Positions 1-11,600 of a stretch of 15,678 nt of DNA are shown here, one piece after another (position 1 is the stretch's first letter; the number at the start of each line of letters is the position of its first letter). This DNA comes from Ramazzottius varieornatus. Lineage: Eukaryota; Animalia; Tardigrada. Below the pieces are notes generated by a model that was given only the letters and a program-made list of their open reading frames with translations, ran no database searches and was not told the origin of the DNA. The stretch is from positions 1 through 15,678 of the forward strand of contig BDGG01000032.1 in assembly GCA_001949185.1 (NCBI GenBank), written 5' to 3'. Made by a program: the position numbers and the translations under genes.

Positions 1-645
1 ATGATGTTGTGTTTGTATCGTGCGTTACTGTGGAAGGGTATAGTGCTGCAAGAGAGAAAACGCTGGGGTTGATTTATGAGGGGACAATTTCCCACGTTCC
101 CGTTTGTGGCTGTATAAGTAGATGGATATCAGGATTGTAGCCTTCTGGCCACGTGAATTTCATATTCTGCTGTGGGCGAACTTCACCCTCGCGGCAAAGG
201 AAAACTCTGCGGACTAATGTATTGTAAGTTAGTCAGTCTTTGTTACAGTACCAGCAAATCAGATATGCCGCAACATTGTCCGCTCGTGCTTCACGGACCA
301 TAGAGGTGAACCACGAATTAGCCGCAAGTTCAGTGTCAGCTTATCATGACTATTCACTTTTATTATTCTCGACCCACTTGGCGAATGATGTGAGACAGTC
401 ATGCCCGGAAGAGCCAGATAGAAAGCGGGAGAAAGAGTCGGAAACCCGGAATATGATCGGCACTGACCGACACGGCAGCTGCGCACAATAGCTTGAATAA
501 CTGACCTTGCTTACGGCATAGACTGGTACGGAAGCAATTTCCTGCAAGATCGTATCCGTGTCGACCTCTCTTTGAAACTAACCATGAAAGAAATCCTGAC
601 GCCGATCGTATCGGTGGAAGTTTCATTCGCAGCACCAAAGTCCAT

Positions 646-1167
646 ATTACTGTAATGCTTCTTGAACTCCGCAAAGCACGTCATCGTACGCGCGACAATT
701 TTACCGCAAGTACAGCCAAATGAGATTTCGAACTGGGTTGATCGTTCGATTGTCTTCTCATATCAGATACCGAAAATACCGTGACGGCAGATGAGCGTAA
801 CAGCAGCCTGTTACCCGTCCCTTTTACATTTGGCTGAAACGGGACGTCGTGCGTTTGTCAAATGCAGATCGTTATTTCAGGAAATCAAAACATCCACTTT
901 CGAAAACTCTTTTGTTGCGGCGAATATCTCGCCTGAACCAATGTACATTCTGGCTGGCGAGACTGGTGAAGATCTCAACTGCACTTCTGAATGCAGCTTT
1001 ACTTCTGTGGACGATACAGTGTAACTAATCTGCCAGGCTAAATGTTCTAACGATGGAGGGTATATGGTGGATTGTTGATTGGACAGGCTCCGTGAAACTA
1101 GTGCCCGACAGCAAAATTTACACGTATGATGACGTGCTTTACGAAGTTCAAGAAGCATTACAGTAAT
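646..1167. mobile_element. Non-autonomous TIR DNA transposon (MITE), ~520 bp
   Basis: TIRs attactgtaatgcttcttgaact[c/t]cg[c/t]aaagcacgtcatc[g/a]tacg, 42/45 identical (646-690 vs 1123-1167). Flanks are gtccat / gtccag; an alternative reading is a TA TSD with the element at 650..1163. No transposase inside. Confidence 0.85.
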
Positions 1168-2401
1168 GTCCAGCTTCCCGTCGCACTCGGCCTAGGAAAT
1201 ATGTGAAAGTTAATTATTATGCAGAGTATCATCACTCCTAGCCTGGAAGACAGGATGCTAGAGGTGACCTAAAAAGCTCACCGAACAACATCGAGGTATG
1301 CACGGTCCAGGGGTAATTAATCTGTTTTGAATGTTGGCACGCTATTGATATGATGTTGTTACCACATCTGTTTCCACTCATGGTTCGAAGCCTTGTGTCG
1401 GTTGGCTGTGGAATTCGGCGTAAGCTGGTGAGGCTCTTCCGTAATTTGAGGCGATATGTGGGGCATCTATGCATGGAGAGGAGTCTGCTAGTCAGCTAAA
1501 TTGCTACTTCCTCCTTCCATCCGCCCTTTATCGTTGTCCCGTTTACCGTGAGTGTCTTGTAAGGCAGAGATAAAAGATGAGCTATATTTTATTCAAGTCA
1601 TCGATTGGGGCCACAGTAGCCGCAATTGGGAATAGTGCCAACAGGAAACTAATGGAGGCAAGTGTCTACGAGGATCGGCGGCTTTTCCTCCAGACAGGGA
1701 CTCTGATGAGGCCGTGGGTATATGAATTGTCTCTGCTCATTGTCAAGGCCGTGTCAACTTGTACGAGACCCTCATTCGTGTACCGCTCAACCGTTCTTGA
1801 CATCTGGGGAAGAGCAACCAGGGTGTACGAGGCCCTAGTGTTGATAGCGGTGCCCCTGTACGTGTATCCTTGAAATATGTATCGTGTCTGACAAGAGACG
1901 AGTAAATCGATGCGCACTTTGTTTAAATTCGAGGATTGAGGAGAGTGGCAAGTCTCCGGGAGGCTAAGTTGTCTTCAGTGGTTTACAGGAGACATTAGGT
2001 ATCGGTTCGGGCAGATATTGCATAAGTCGTTATTTTTGCGTTATTTGTCTTGGGTGTTTCCCTGATGGGAAAGCGGAGAAGGCTTCTTCTGGTGGGCCGA
2101 CAGTGATCAAGCTTTTGCTGTACTGTATACCGACAGGTGTTATGCAATTGTTGTCTTCTCGAAATACCCTCACTTCATCTTTGCGGCACTTCGTCGGGAA
2201 TATATTCTTGTATGCGGTTTGCTTATTGTGTACGACATTGAAAGTAAGAACAGTACTTGACGGTCTCACTGAGCACCGACAGGGTGGAGAATTAAAGAAG
2301 AGTCCTTGCCAAGGGTACAAGTGTTTGAAGAAGCCAATCAGTACTTGATCTTTCTTGTCGCAAAATCATGTCCTTCCTTTGACTTCTCTTCGATGACTAC
2401 G

Positions 2402-2453
2402 TATAAAAAGCCGAGTATCGTCAATGGAAAATAACTTCTTTTTCCCTTTTTAG
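2402..2453 (+). promoter_or_regulatory. Candidate TATA box and 3' splice/trans-splice acceptor upstream of the putative start codon
   Basis: TATAAAA at 2402-2408. Long pyrimidine tract cttctttttcccttttt (2435-2451) followed by AG (2452-2453). No ATG between 2454 and the ATG at 2554. Confidence 0.35.
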
Positions 2454-2553
2454 AAATCTTGGGTGTTGCTGAGCTGTGACGGCTTTTCCGCTGAGGCAAG
2501 CCCACTCCTCGTTTGAGCCTTGGACTTGCCAGCCTCGAGTGAACTAGGCCAAC

Positions 2554-2650
2554 ATGCCGGGTCTTCACGGGAGGATGGGCAGCTTGGGAAGAAGGATAAT
2601 GCAGGCCATGGGATACACGGACACTGGTCAAGAACCCCACTTTGCTTCGG
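2554..2650 (+). CDS. PLC exon 1 (tentative first coding exon, [32 protein letters not shown])
   Basis: ATG in gccaacATG context with an in-frame TAG at 2545-2547. Strong donor G|GTAAGT at 2651 (phase 1) joins in frame to the phase-1 acceptor at 5207. No homology support. Confidence 0.55.
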
Positions 2651-5600
2651 GTAAGTCTGATCGAAAGCTCGAGCGTGTCAACTTTTCGACAAGGTCGGCA
2701 AGAAGGTTGCATGAGAATGTACATGATTTGTTTGATTTCGTTCATGGAATTGCTGTTGTGGGTGTTGAACCGTTTGATCAACGAAGAAGCAAAGTAGGTT
2801 GTTTGCCGAAAACAGGAAACGAGGTATTGCGTCGACTTTTCGAGGTTACATTAAGCGGAAATGTCGCAGGGAAATGTTTGCGCCTTGATAATATTTCAAC
2901 AAAAGCTCTGCTGGATAATTGATAGTTTGCGCGAAGAGTCTTTTCAAAGAAAAGGCACAACTGTATATTTCGTTAAAGATGTGGACAGGTTGACGGAAGC
3001 GCACGTCGTCGGCTAGATGTCCGTCGGAGACCTTGAAGCGTGTGTGGGCCTCGGTCTCGTAGCACTTCTGAGAATAGTATACGCAAACCTTGATCGGAAC
3101 TCATCAACCCACAACGCGCACTCTTCCGCAGCACGATACTGAGGGAGCAGTTCATTCACTTCCGAATGATCAAAAGTCAAAATGAATGGTCGACGACCTT
3201 GAAACTTATGACAATTTCCGCTTAACAGAGCGGCCCACTCGCCTGAGCACCGTTCTGAACCCTCACTATTTTGATGATACAAATGAAAACACATCAATAC
3301 GTACGACGAACGAACGGACAGCAAAGTGAAAACATATGCGACTCGGCATCAACTTGAAGACAGAAAGCTCAAAATATTTTCAACTTCAAATTCCGTTTTT
3401 GAGGAACGCGTTGCCGGAAAATGTTCGAGAACCGGGTTTAATTTAATCACGATGCTAATCATGTGAGTGTCGACATACGGTTAGCTTTGCCCCTCGTTGA
3501 ACGTAGGGGAACCCCGAGGCTCGGACCACTCTAATGATCAACACGTACTTTCGGGGCAAATAGGTTTTATTCAGCGACTGCGTGAGGGCCTTCAAACTGA
3601 TGGTTCCACAGTAATCGCGATTCCTGACACAACCTAGGATTCCACACTTTGCAAGACCAATGCGCAATATAGCTGCAGCCTCTTGTTGACCAGATATGCA
3701 CGCCTTACGCAGTTATCGTTAACCTTCACCAGAAGGTTCGACCGAAGAGAAAATCTCTGCAAAGGAAAGAGCTTTCGTGTTATGCAACAAAACAGTGCGT
3801 GTTTGCCCACACCTTTGCCAATCTGAGATTTTTCAAGGTCTCCAAAAATCTCTGTCGGCAAACATGATCGCTGTCGTCAAAGGCGATGTATTCTGGGCGG
3901 AAGCGGTGGGATCGGATTCCCACGCAAAACGTGCCGCAGTTAGGCTTTAGAAATAGCTGCCCGCGGGGCTTCGCGCACTTCCACCATTCAACACCACAAT
4001 TCACTTTGGCATCAATACTGTGGAATGCGAGACTTCCGAAAGCAAACTTCTTCCGGTCTGGAAAGGCAAGAACTGGGTTCGCCATGGCTCAAGGCCGCTT
4101 TTTGCGAAGATTGTAAAGAGAGACCGCTTTGCACAGCGGGGCAGCGCAAAGCTTTCTTCCAGGTTCTCCCAGCCCGCAGTCACGAGAGACTATGACCCTT
4201 TTCTTTGTACCAGAAACACATTGTTCTCGTAATGAAGCAGGATTCTTTGATTCGTTCAAATGGCGCCACAATATGAATTTGTGTACGTCAGAAGAGCCAG
4301 TTACGGACCGTTTCCGCTTTTACGCTGAATCACTGGTCAAAAATACCTGTACACGATATAATTTTGGGCTATATAATGAAGTTTGAATGTGTCGAAAAGA
4401 GTGGTGGAACAAAATCTTCAACAGATAGTACCTAACTTATACGTTCACGTCCTTTTGGGTGATTGAAAATGGCTGCCTTTGGAGAACCCTTTCTTGTCGG
4501 TAAAAGCGGCGGAGATGTCAGAGGAACAATAGACAGGCTAGGAAGCTTCTCATTTCGGAGTTGCTACGGAGTGCAGCTGGAAGGTTTCAATACGTTACGT
4601 ATGGTTCTCCTGCGTTTCGTAAGGAGAAACTAAGCGTCCGAAGGGATGATCAAACAATGTGTATAGTACGCGCCACACTTATACAACGACCGCAAAGAGA
4701 TGCAGGCGCGGTCGATTCTGAAATCAGTGCCGATCGTAGGGTAATTATGGTGATAATGAGGGAAGCCGTCGGGCCTTGTCGACCTGTGAAGCGTCGTGGA
4801 AGCTTTGCTGGGTGCGATACGTCGGAGCACAGAGAAGGGGGGATTACTGTAACAGATGGTGGCGATGAAAGGATGGGACGAACTTTAATGGGCGCTAGCG
4901 TGTTGTACGCTTCATCGGTCGACTGTTGATGTTGGCGACGCTACCTCGTCTTGCCCTGATTGACTGCCTAGAAAATGACACAGCACACTCTCCCCACAGG
5001 ATGAAGAAGAGAGATTGCATGTTGTATAAGCAGACTGATGGTTCAGTGAAGAATATTGTTTGGGAAAAGATATTCTCCTGCTGCAGGGTATAGTGTCAAC
5101 TGTAATTGGAGACCTTACTTCCTCGCTGAAGGAATTTCGACGCAAGCAAAAGCGAATGTGTGGAAGATGGCATATCTGCACTGATGGTTCGATCTTTCTT
5201 TGACAGGATTGAGTGATGCCGATGTGGATATGGTGGAATCGCTCAAGAGCTCGATGATCACGACGACCGTCATCCAGTCCGCCATTGTCCACTGGCAAAG
5301 ATCGCAGCTGGACAAATGGATCACAACCTTCCCCGAGGAGGTGGCCATCAAGATTCGCCGGGCCAAGACCGAAGGGGAAAACGTCAAGACGAAGGTAAGA
5401 AGTGTCCATCGAAGAAAGGCTCCTTGCCTGCTCTGACTCAACACCCCAAAAGGAAAAATCAAGGTCCGAACTACTATGCTGTAACACCATCTCCAAAACG
5501 CCGAATAAAACCTAATTCTAATTTTTTGGTTGAAGCATACTGTACTCCCTTGTTAACGCTTTTTGAATCTTGGAATAGGAGACATCGTTATCTGCTCTAA

Positions 5601-8600
5601 CGCGACCGTTAAAATGAATGGTTAATCGGGTAGTAAGTTATCCCGTAGAGTGAGCCTATTGCCCTCGTTGCTGGTTTCCTGTTGTGTCTCTGACTCTCTG
5701 TCCGTATGGCTCGACGTTGATGTTATGGGCTGATGGTTTTGTGCCTTGTTGCAGCTGCCAATGTGGACGGGCCACGTGATAATACAGCAATCAACGCACG
5801 GAGAACGGAAGCGGACAGTGGCGGCCCTGTTGCGCCTGGTCGATGTTCTACGCTCTACTTGCGACACCGAAGAGGCCGACAGCATCGTCAGAGGACTCAA
5901 GTAAGATTACGCCATTCAATGTAACATCCAAACATAGAGCAGGATAGATAGATGAATAAATGGTCAAGGAGTGATCCATTTGCCCACCGCCGCCGTGTGC
6001 GAGCTGCGAAGGATGAACGCTTCTTGTCGAGTCAAGTGGACAGCCACTTTGCTCTTTGTAATTTGCGCAGGCCAGCTCCTTCAAGATGGTCATTTGTGGA
6101 TTATCAAGGAACATCTCAATCACTGTACAGACTGAAGCTCCATGATTATGACTGATTGCCGGGCTGCTGCCCGTCACTAGTCACACGCGCATCTTGCCAA
6201 AGACCCGCTTGGACATGAAGCACTTCTCGATGACTATGACTCCATTTCCAAGCCGAGTGTACTTTCCGTCCACTGCTTTGCGTCTTCGAACCTTCACCCA
6301 AATGATGTTTTACGGTCAGAGCACGTGTAGGGTAACGTCGAAAAAGTTCGTCAGAGAAAACCCGGAAGCAGCAGTAGGCAGTGGCAGGGCCAGGATCGAT
6401 TTCTTATTTGAGCTGGCCGAAGCACTTTCTTCTGCGATCTGAAAAGATCAACAACTGTACAGATCCGATCATTACGGCGAAGCGATCACGCGCCGTAATC
6501 ATATCATAATGTGGGCTGCCGAGAAGGCTTACGACAGTATCAAGTTTGAAATTACTTTTGTAGGTCGGAGGAGCTGAAGCCATTTTGGCTGTCACTGTCC
6601 AACCTGACGACGCCACAGCTGGAACCTTCGCCCGATTCCGACCTTGAAGAAGACATGATCAACACCCATAAACATCCCCAAGCCTCTCTGTCCCGCCTCG
6701 GCGTGACGGCATACCTCCGTAAAGACAGCCAGACCCTCAACACAGCCTATAGACTGTACCTGGAAGAAGATCATCTGACACTAGTCTGGAGCGAGGCCAG
6801 CTGGAAAAGCCTTCCAGGGTCGATGCTCAGTAGCGAATCGGTGACTAGTCTTAGACGAGCTGAGAGTTCGTCTAAATCGCTACAAGAACGATACGGCATA
6901 AAAGGCGGGGAGGAGAGAGATCGAGGAGGGAACGGAGGCTTGCTGGACATCAGTCTGATCAAGGACTTGTATGTGCAAAAGAGCGGTCTTGCATTGGTGG
7001 AAGGCTTCCAAGTGGACGAGCTGCTGACGATGATGGTCATTTATGGGTCGTCGTTGATCTGTGATAATAAGCTGTTGAGCTTTGTGATGGGTAAGAGTTG
7101 CGCGCTGACGATGGTGGAGGAGCTGAAGACTGCCTTGACGGCCACCAAGGTTGATCGGCGAGCAGCCTGGTTACGCAAGACCTACTTTCAACTGCAGCAA
7201 GCCAACGACTTTAGCCGCCAGCACGGACCCAGCATTGCGGCAACCATAAGGGTGAGCGATATTATACATGGCGACGTTAATGAATTGTCCAATTCTTCCG
7301 TTAGGCTGACTGTGCTTCCTTTGCAGGTGTTGGGTGGGCGTAACTACCATCAAGCGGCCCGAACACAAACTGTCCCGCTGAGGCCAGCCGCCGTCAAGGC
7401 CAACGTCTCCTTGGCCGGTTCGCGTCTCAGCGGCCTGCGCCAGTCGCCTCTTCCCATGCGACGCACCAGCACGCCTGTCGACGCGGAGGAGGTAATAATA
7501 AGCAACCACCCCACCTCGGCTGGGCGATCCAAGAACCGTCGACAGAGCGAGCCCAATCTGATGCACCTTCAGACGCTGCAGCGGGCCGCTTGGCCTCTCC
7601 CTCCGCCGCAGCAGTTACACCAAGCGGAGGTGGATCTGCTTCGTCGCGTCAGCACCAGTCCCTCACCGGCCATGACTGAGGTGGCCGAGACGCTGCACGG
7701 ACTGGACTTTGAGGAGTTCACAGACTTGTGCGACTCCTTCTTCGTCCAGTCACGCAAAGACCTCAGGGAAATGTTCAACCAGCTCGTCAGGCAGAGTGAA
7801 GGGGAAGGTGTCCATGGGCCGCAGTTGAAAACAAGCTGTAAGTTCCTGAGGATATTTCCCAAAATAAGAACATCTTGCAAGTGTCAGCCTCGAGTCCAAA
7901 GCGTGGTGTACCTTGGTTTTCAACCTTTCTGCTGTAGGCCAAGCCGAGGGCACCAATTGCTGGCAGGACCGCAACACCATCGTCCACCACGCCGCCGGTC
8001 CAGACTGCCCCGCTCAGCCGAGTACAATCGACGTCTTTCATCTGTGTGATTTCCTGCGGGAGAGCCAGAACGTCCCGGTAACAATTGCCGAAGGCGAAGC
8101 TCTGATTGCCAAGTACGAAATCAACCCGACCTTCATAGAAGCCAAACGTCTGTCCTTCGTGGCCTTGTGCAAAATGCTGAGACATGATCCCCTCTTTATG
8201 ATCGACGAGGAGCTGCCATGTGATGAGAAGGCAAGTGTCAAAGTGGGTCGATGAGGCAGAAGTAAGCCTTTGCGGGTATTGTGGAGGACGAACCTCTCAG
8301 TAAGGATTAAAATTGCCCTTCATGCGAAGCGTGATTGATGACGTTTATATTTAGACTATGCATCTGCCCTTCAACGAGTACATCGTCTCGTCGTCGCACA
8401 ACACTTACCTGTCGGGCCATCAGTTGAAGGGCGACTCTTCGGCCATCAACTACTCGCAGGCCTTGTTGTCGGGTGTCCGCTGCGTCGAAGTGGACTGCTG
8501 GGACGGCGAAGGTGGACTTCCGGTGGTCTATCACGGAAGAACCCTTACTACCAAAGTACCGCTCAAGGTTTGCATTGACCTTTTGCTTAAACTGGCTAAA

Positions 8601-11600
8601 GTTGCTGAATTCTTCATTTTGAAAAAGCAAATGAGGAAGCAGCGATACGAAATAACAAACGGAAAGTGTAAAGAAATTCCCTTGCTAGAGCAGGCCGGCT
8701 TTGAGTTTTGAAGTACTATGGAATCTTGCTGTGTTTCCCGCTGGTTAAAGCAGCTGGAAGTAATAGTCTTACATCACATCTTGACAAGTCGAGCGTGTTT
8801 GGCGCTGCTGCCGTTTATTTACATGTTTTATTGTATTTACCGTAGAAAGTGGTGGAAGAGATCAACCGCAGCGCTTTCGTAACGTCCCCTTATCCTGTCA
8901 TCCTCTCCATCGAGAATCACTGCTGCCTGGCACAACAACGCAAAGTGGCCGAAATCTTTGAAGTGCGTATACTGTACACGCCAGCGATCAAGGACCCATT
9001 AGCAGACCGCGTGCGCGCCACGCCCTTTTGATTTGTGTGTCGTGCCGCCAATAATTTCATTTACCTAAATTACATGTCAAATGATGAGAAATGTCGTTTG
9101 TCTTGTAGGAAGGGTTCGGGGACAAATTGTTCAAAGCCTTCCTGCCGGACAAAGCCTACTTCCCCTCTTCCGAACTGCCATTTCCTTCGCCTTCCCAGCT
9201 AAAGTACAAAATACTCATCAAGAGCAAGAAACTGCTGCAGGAAGCAGTCAAGGATTTTCCGGTGAGTTTTCCTGTTTGAAGCTGACTTGAACTTTCAATG
9301 ACCAACCCACAAATAGTTGGAAGCACGAACCCATCGGTCTCCGAATTAATATGGGAGGCCTGAAGAAGAAACAGACAAACTCGGCAAAATTAGTTTTCAA
9401 GTGGCGCACGCTCTGTTTTTTTCAGGACGTGCGCCACTTGGGAAAAGAATGTGTGCAGTTGTCTTGCCGAATGGAAATTGCGCTAACTTGACTGTCTGTT
9501 CGTAGTCCCTGTCGCGTCCCTAAATGTTGAGCTAGGAATTGATTATCGCACAGCGAAATACCGACAGAAATCTGTCTTGGTTTGCCTACTTATTGTTTCT
9601 TACAACAGAGTCGGCAATCATCGTTGAGCGATGAGTCGGCAGTGTCGGGCGAAGTGGGCTATGCAGCGCTGGATGACGACCTGGAAAACTGGGGGATGAG
9701 TGGCGACGGTAAGCTCTTCCCCTTATTCTATAGCTGGTCAATTCCGCCCCTACTGTACCTTCTGCTTATTGGCCACAGAGCTGGAAGACTATCCCACATG
9801 TTACACCGAAAGCGAAGTCTTTGACTCGACACAAGCACCGACCTCGCCCGTCATGAGACGCCACATTCGCCGACTCAGTGAATGCACCGGCGATTACAGC
9901 GGCGCCGAGATGGAGAGCTTCGACTCGGGTGTGGCCGACATCTCCAGCCCTATCATGTCCATCGTCGACAGCAGCCCGCGCAGTGGCAGTCTCCTTCGCA
10001 ATCCCACACGCTTGTTCAAGAACGAATCGCCGTTGGAACAGACACAAAAGCATGGAAATGTCTTCTTCGCAACGGTGACGGACAAGTCACCCAGAGACCA
10101 GGCAGCGCTACAAAGCAGGAAGATTAACAAGAGAGCGGTGCAGCTGACACTGGCCGAAGAACTGTCAAACTTGGTGACCTACTTTCAAGCTGTGAAATTC
10201 CAACCGAAGGTACAGTATGACGATGTACGTCGAAGGTTGGCAAGCGGATCGCTTCAGATCTGTTTCTTCAGTGGCGCGCGTTCTTATTGTGATGGCCTTG
10301 AAGCGTGTGTCACAGTGTTGTATTCCGTTTCGGGCATGAATTCCGTCTTTTGAATCAATCAATCAATCGCAGCTGGTCCAGTGAGACTGAATAGTAAAAA
10401 GTAACTGTTGTAACTCACTTTTTATGCCGGTTCTCGATATCAGTCTTTAGTTGTCTTATGTTGCTTGATTGATCGTCAAGTAGGTCAATTATGCCCAGAC
10501 TGATGCGCCCCTTGAAACATCGATCTTGTGAATTCCGTTTGCCCGCCTGGTTTCCATAACACAAAAAAACTCGGTGACAGTCTTTTCATCAAATAGATTG
10601 TAAGTAATGCTGTTAGTGAGTAAAGTAATGCATGGTTCGTGATACAGGTCAACCATCACCAGCCGGGCAAGTTCCATGTGGTTTCCATGAACGAAGTGTC
10701 GACCAAGAGGATCGCTAAAAGTCAGCCCGAAGCCTTCCGCAGGTTGGCCCACTCTTCCATCATTCGGGTGTACCCGGCGGCCACTCGTATCGACTCCAGC
10801 AACTTCAACCCGATTGCTGCCTGGTCCTTGGGAGTGCAAATGTCCGCTCTCAATTGCCAGACTTCCGGTATGTAATCGGACTAAACTACGAGTGGTCGCT
10901 TCTCGACCTACATTTATCGTTTCTAACGATACTTTCTTGCCCAGAAGACAGGAAAGTGCGTTTAAAGACGTGATTGCTTGCAGACATTGGCCTCCACATC
11001 AACAGTGCACTCTTTGCTACAACAGGCAAATGTGGATACGTGCGCCGGCCTAGCTACATCTTGAAGAAGGCGGAAGGTAATCGAGGGAGCGTAGAGTGCA
11101 GTTTAACCGTAAGTGGACAATTATTCCTTTTCCGAGTTACATCTATTAGCCGAGGCTCTTCTTACTTCTTTTCAAGGTGGTGTCGGGGCAGTACGTGTTG
11201 GGCGAGGGCCTCACGGGCCATCCGGCACTGGAGCTTGAACTGTATGATGGCTCAGCTGAGCCCAAGCGTTACAAGATCAAGTCAAGCGTCAAGAACCCCG
11301 TAAACCCCATCTTTATGCATTCTCTGGATCTTGAGGTACGTTTAGCTTGGGAAAGCCCTCGGGGATGAAAGAAGCGTTACGATAGTTATGCAACAGCTAA
11401 TAGTGATCGCGTTCCCCGCTGAAACACCCAACGGTATGTTCTGCTGTTACAGATCACCAATGCGGAACTGGCCTTCTTCCGCTTTCTGGTGACAGATACC
11501 GCCACCAGTCAACTGCTTACACAACGAACCGTGCATTTTTCCATGCTTTCTCCCGGTAAGCCTAAAACTACTTAGAGATCCATCTGTCGATTGAAAAGAG

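Noticed and set aside
1666-1917. Minus-strand AINTRASYTLV resembling a decayed retropepsin DTGAS motif, or piggyBac-like text
   Set aside because: It needs two substitutions in the core motif. Nearby RT-like fragments (1238-1474) are in the wrong order, and no LTRs were seen. A BLASTX search would be needed.
3031-3045. 15-mer ccttgaagcgtgtgt repeated at 10296-10310
   Set aside because: The match does not extend, and one 15-mer match in 15.7 kb is plausible by chance.
3486-3560. tttgcccc / ggggcaaa inverted pair in intron 1
   Set aside because: Only 8 bp match, with no TSD or clear extension.
4912-5496. 194-aa minus-strand ORF and other antisense ORFs over exons
   Set aside because: These are shadow ORFs of GC-rich coding exons with no recognisable motifs.
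6655-8049. 464-aa ORF as a stand-alone gene
   Set aside because: It is exons 4 and 5 read through the 75-nt intron, then into the next intron and out of frame into exon 6. It is part of the spliced PLC gene.
10353-10368. (AATC)4 microsatellite
   Set aside because: Short intronic simple repeat, unremarkable.
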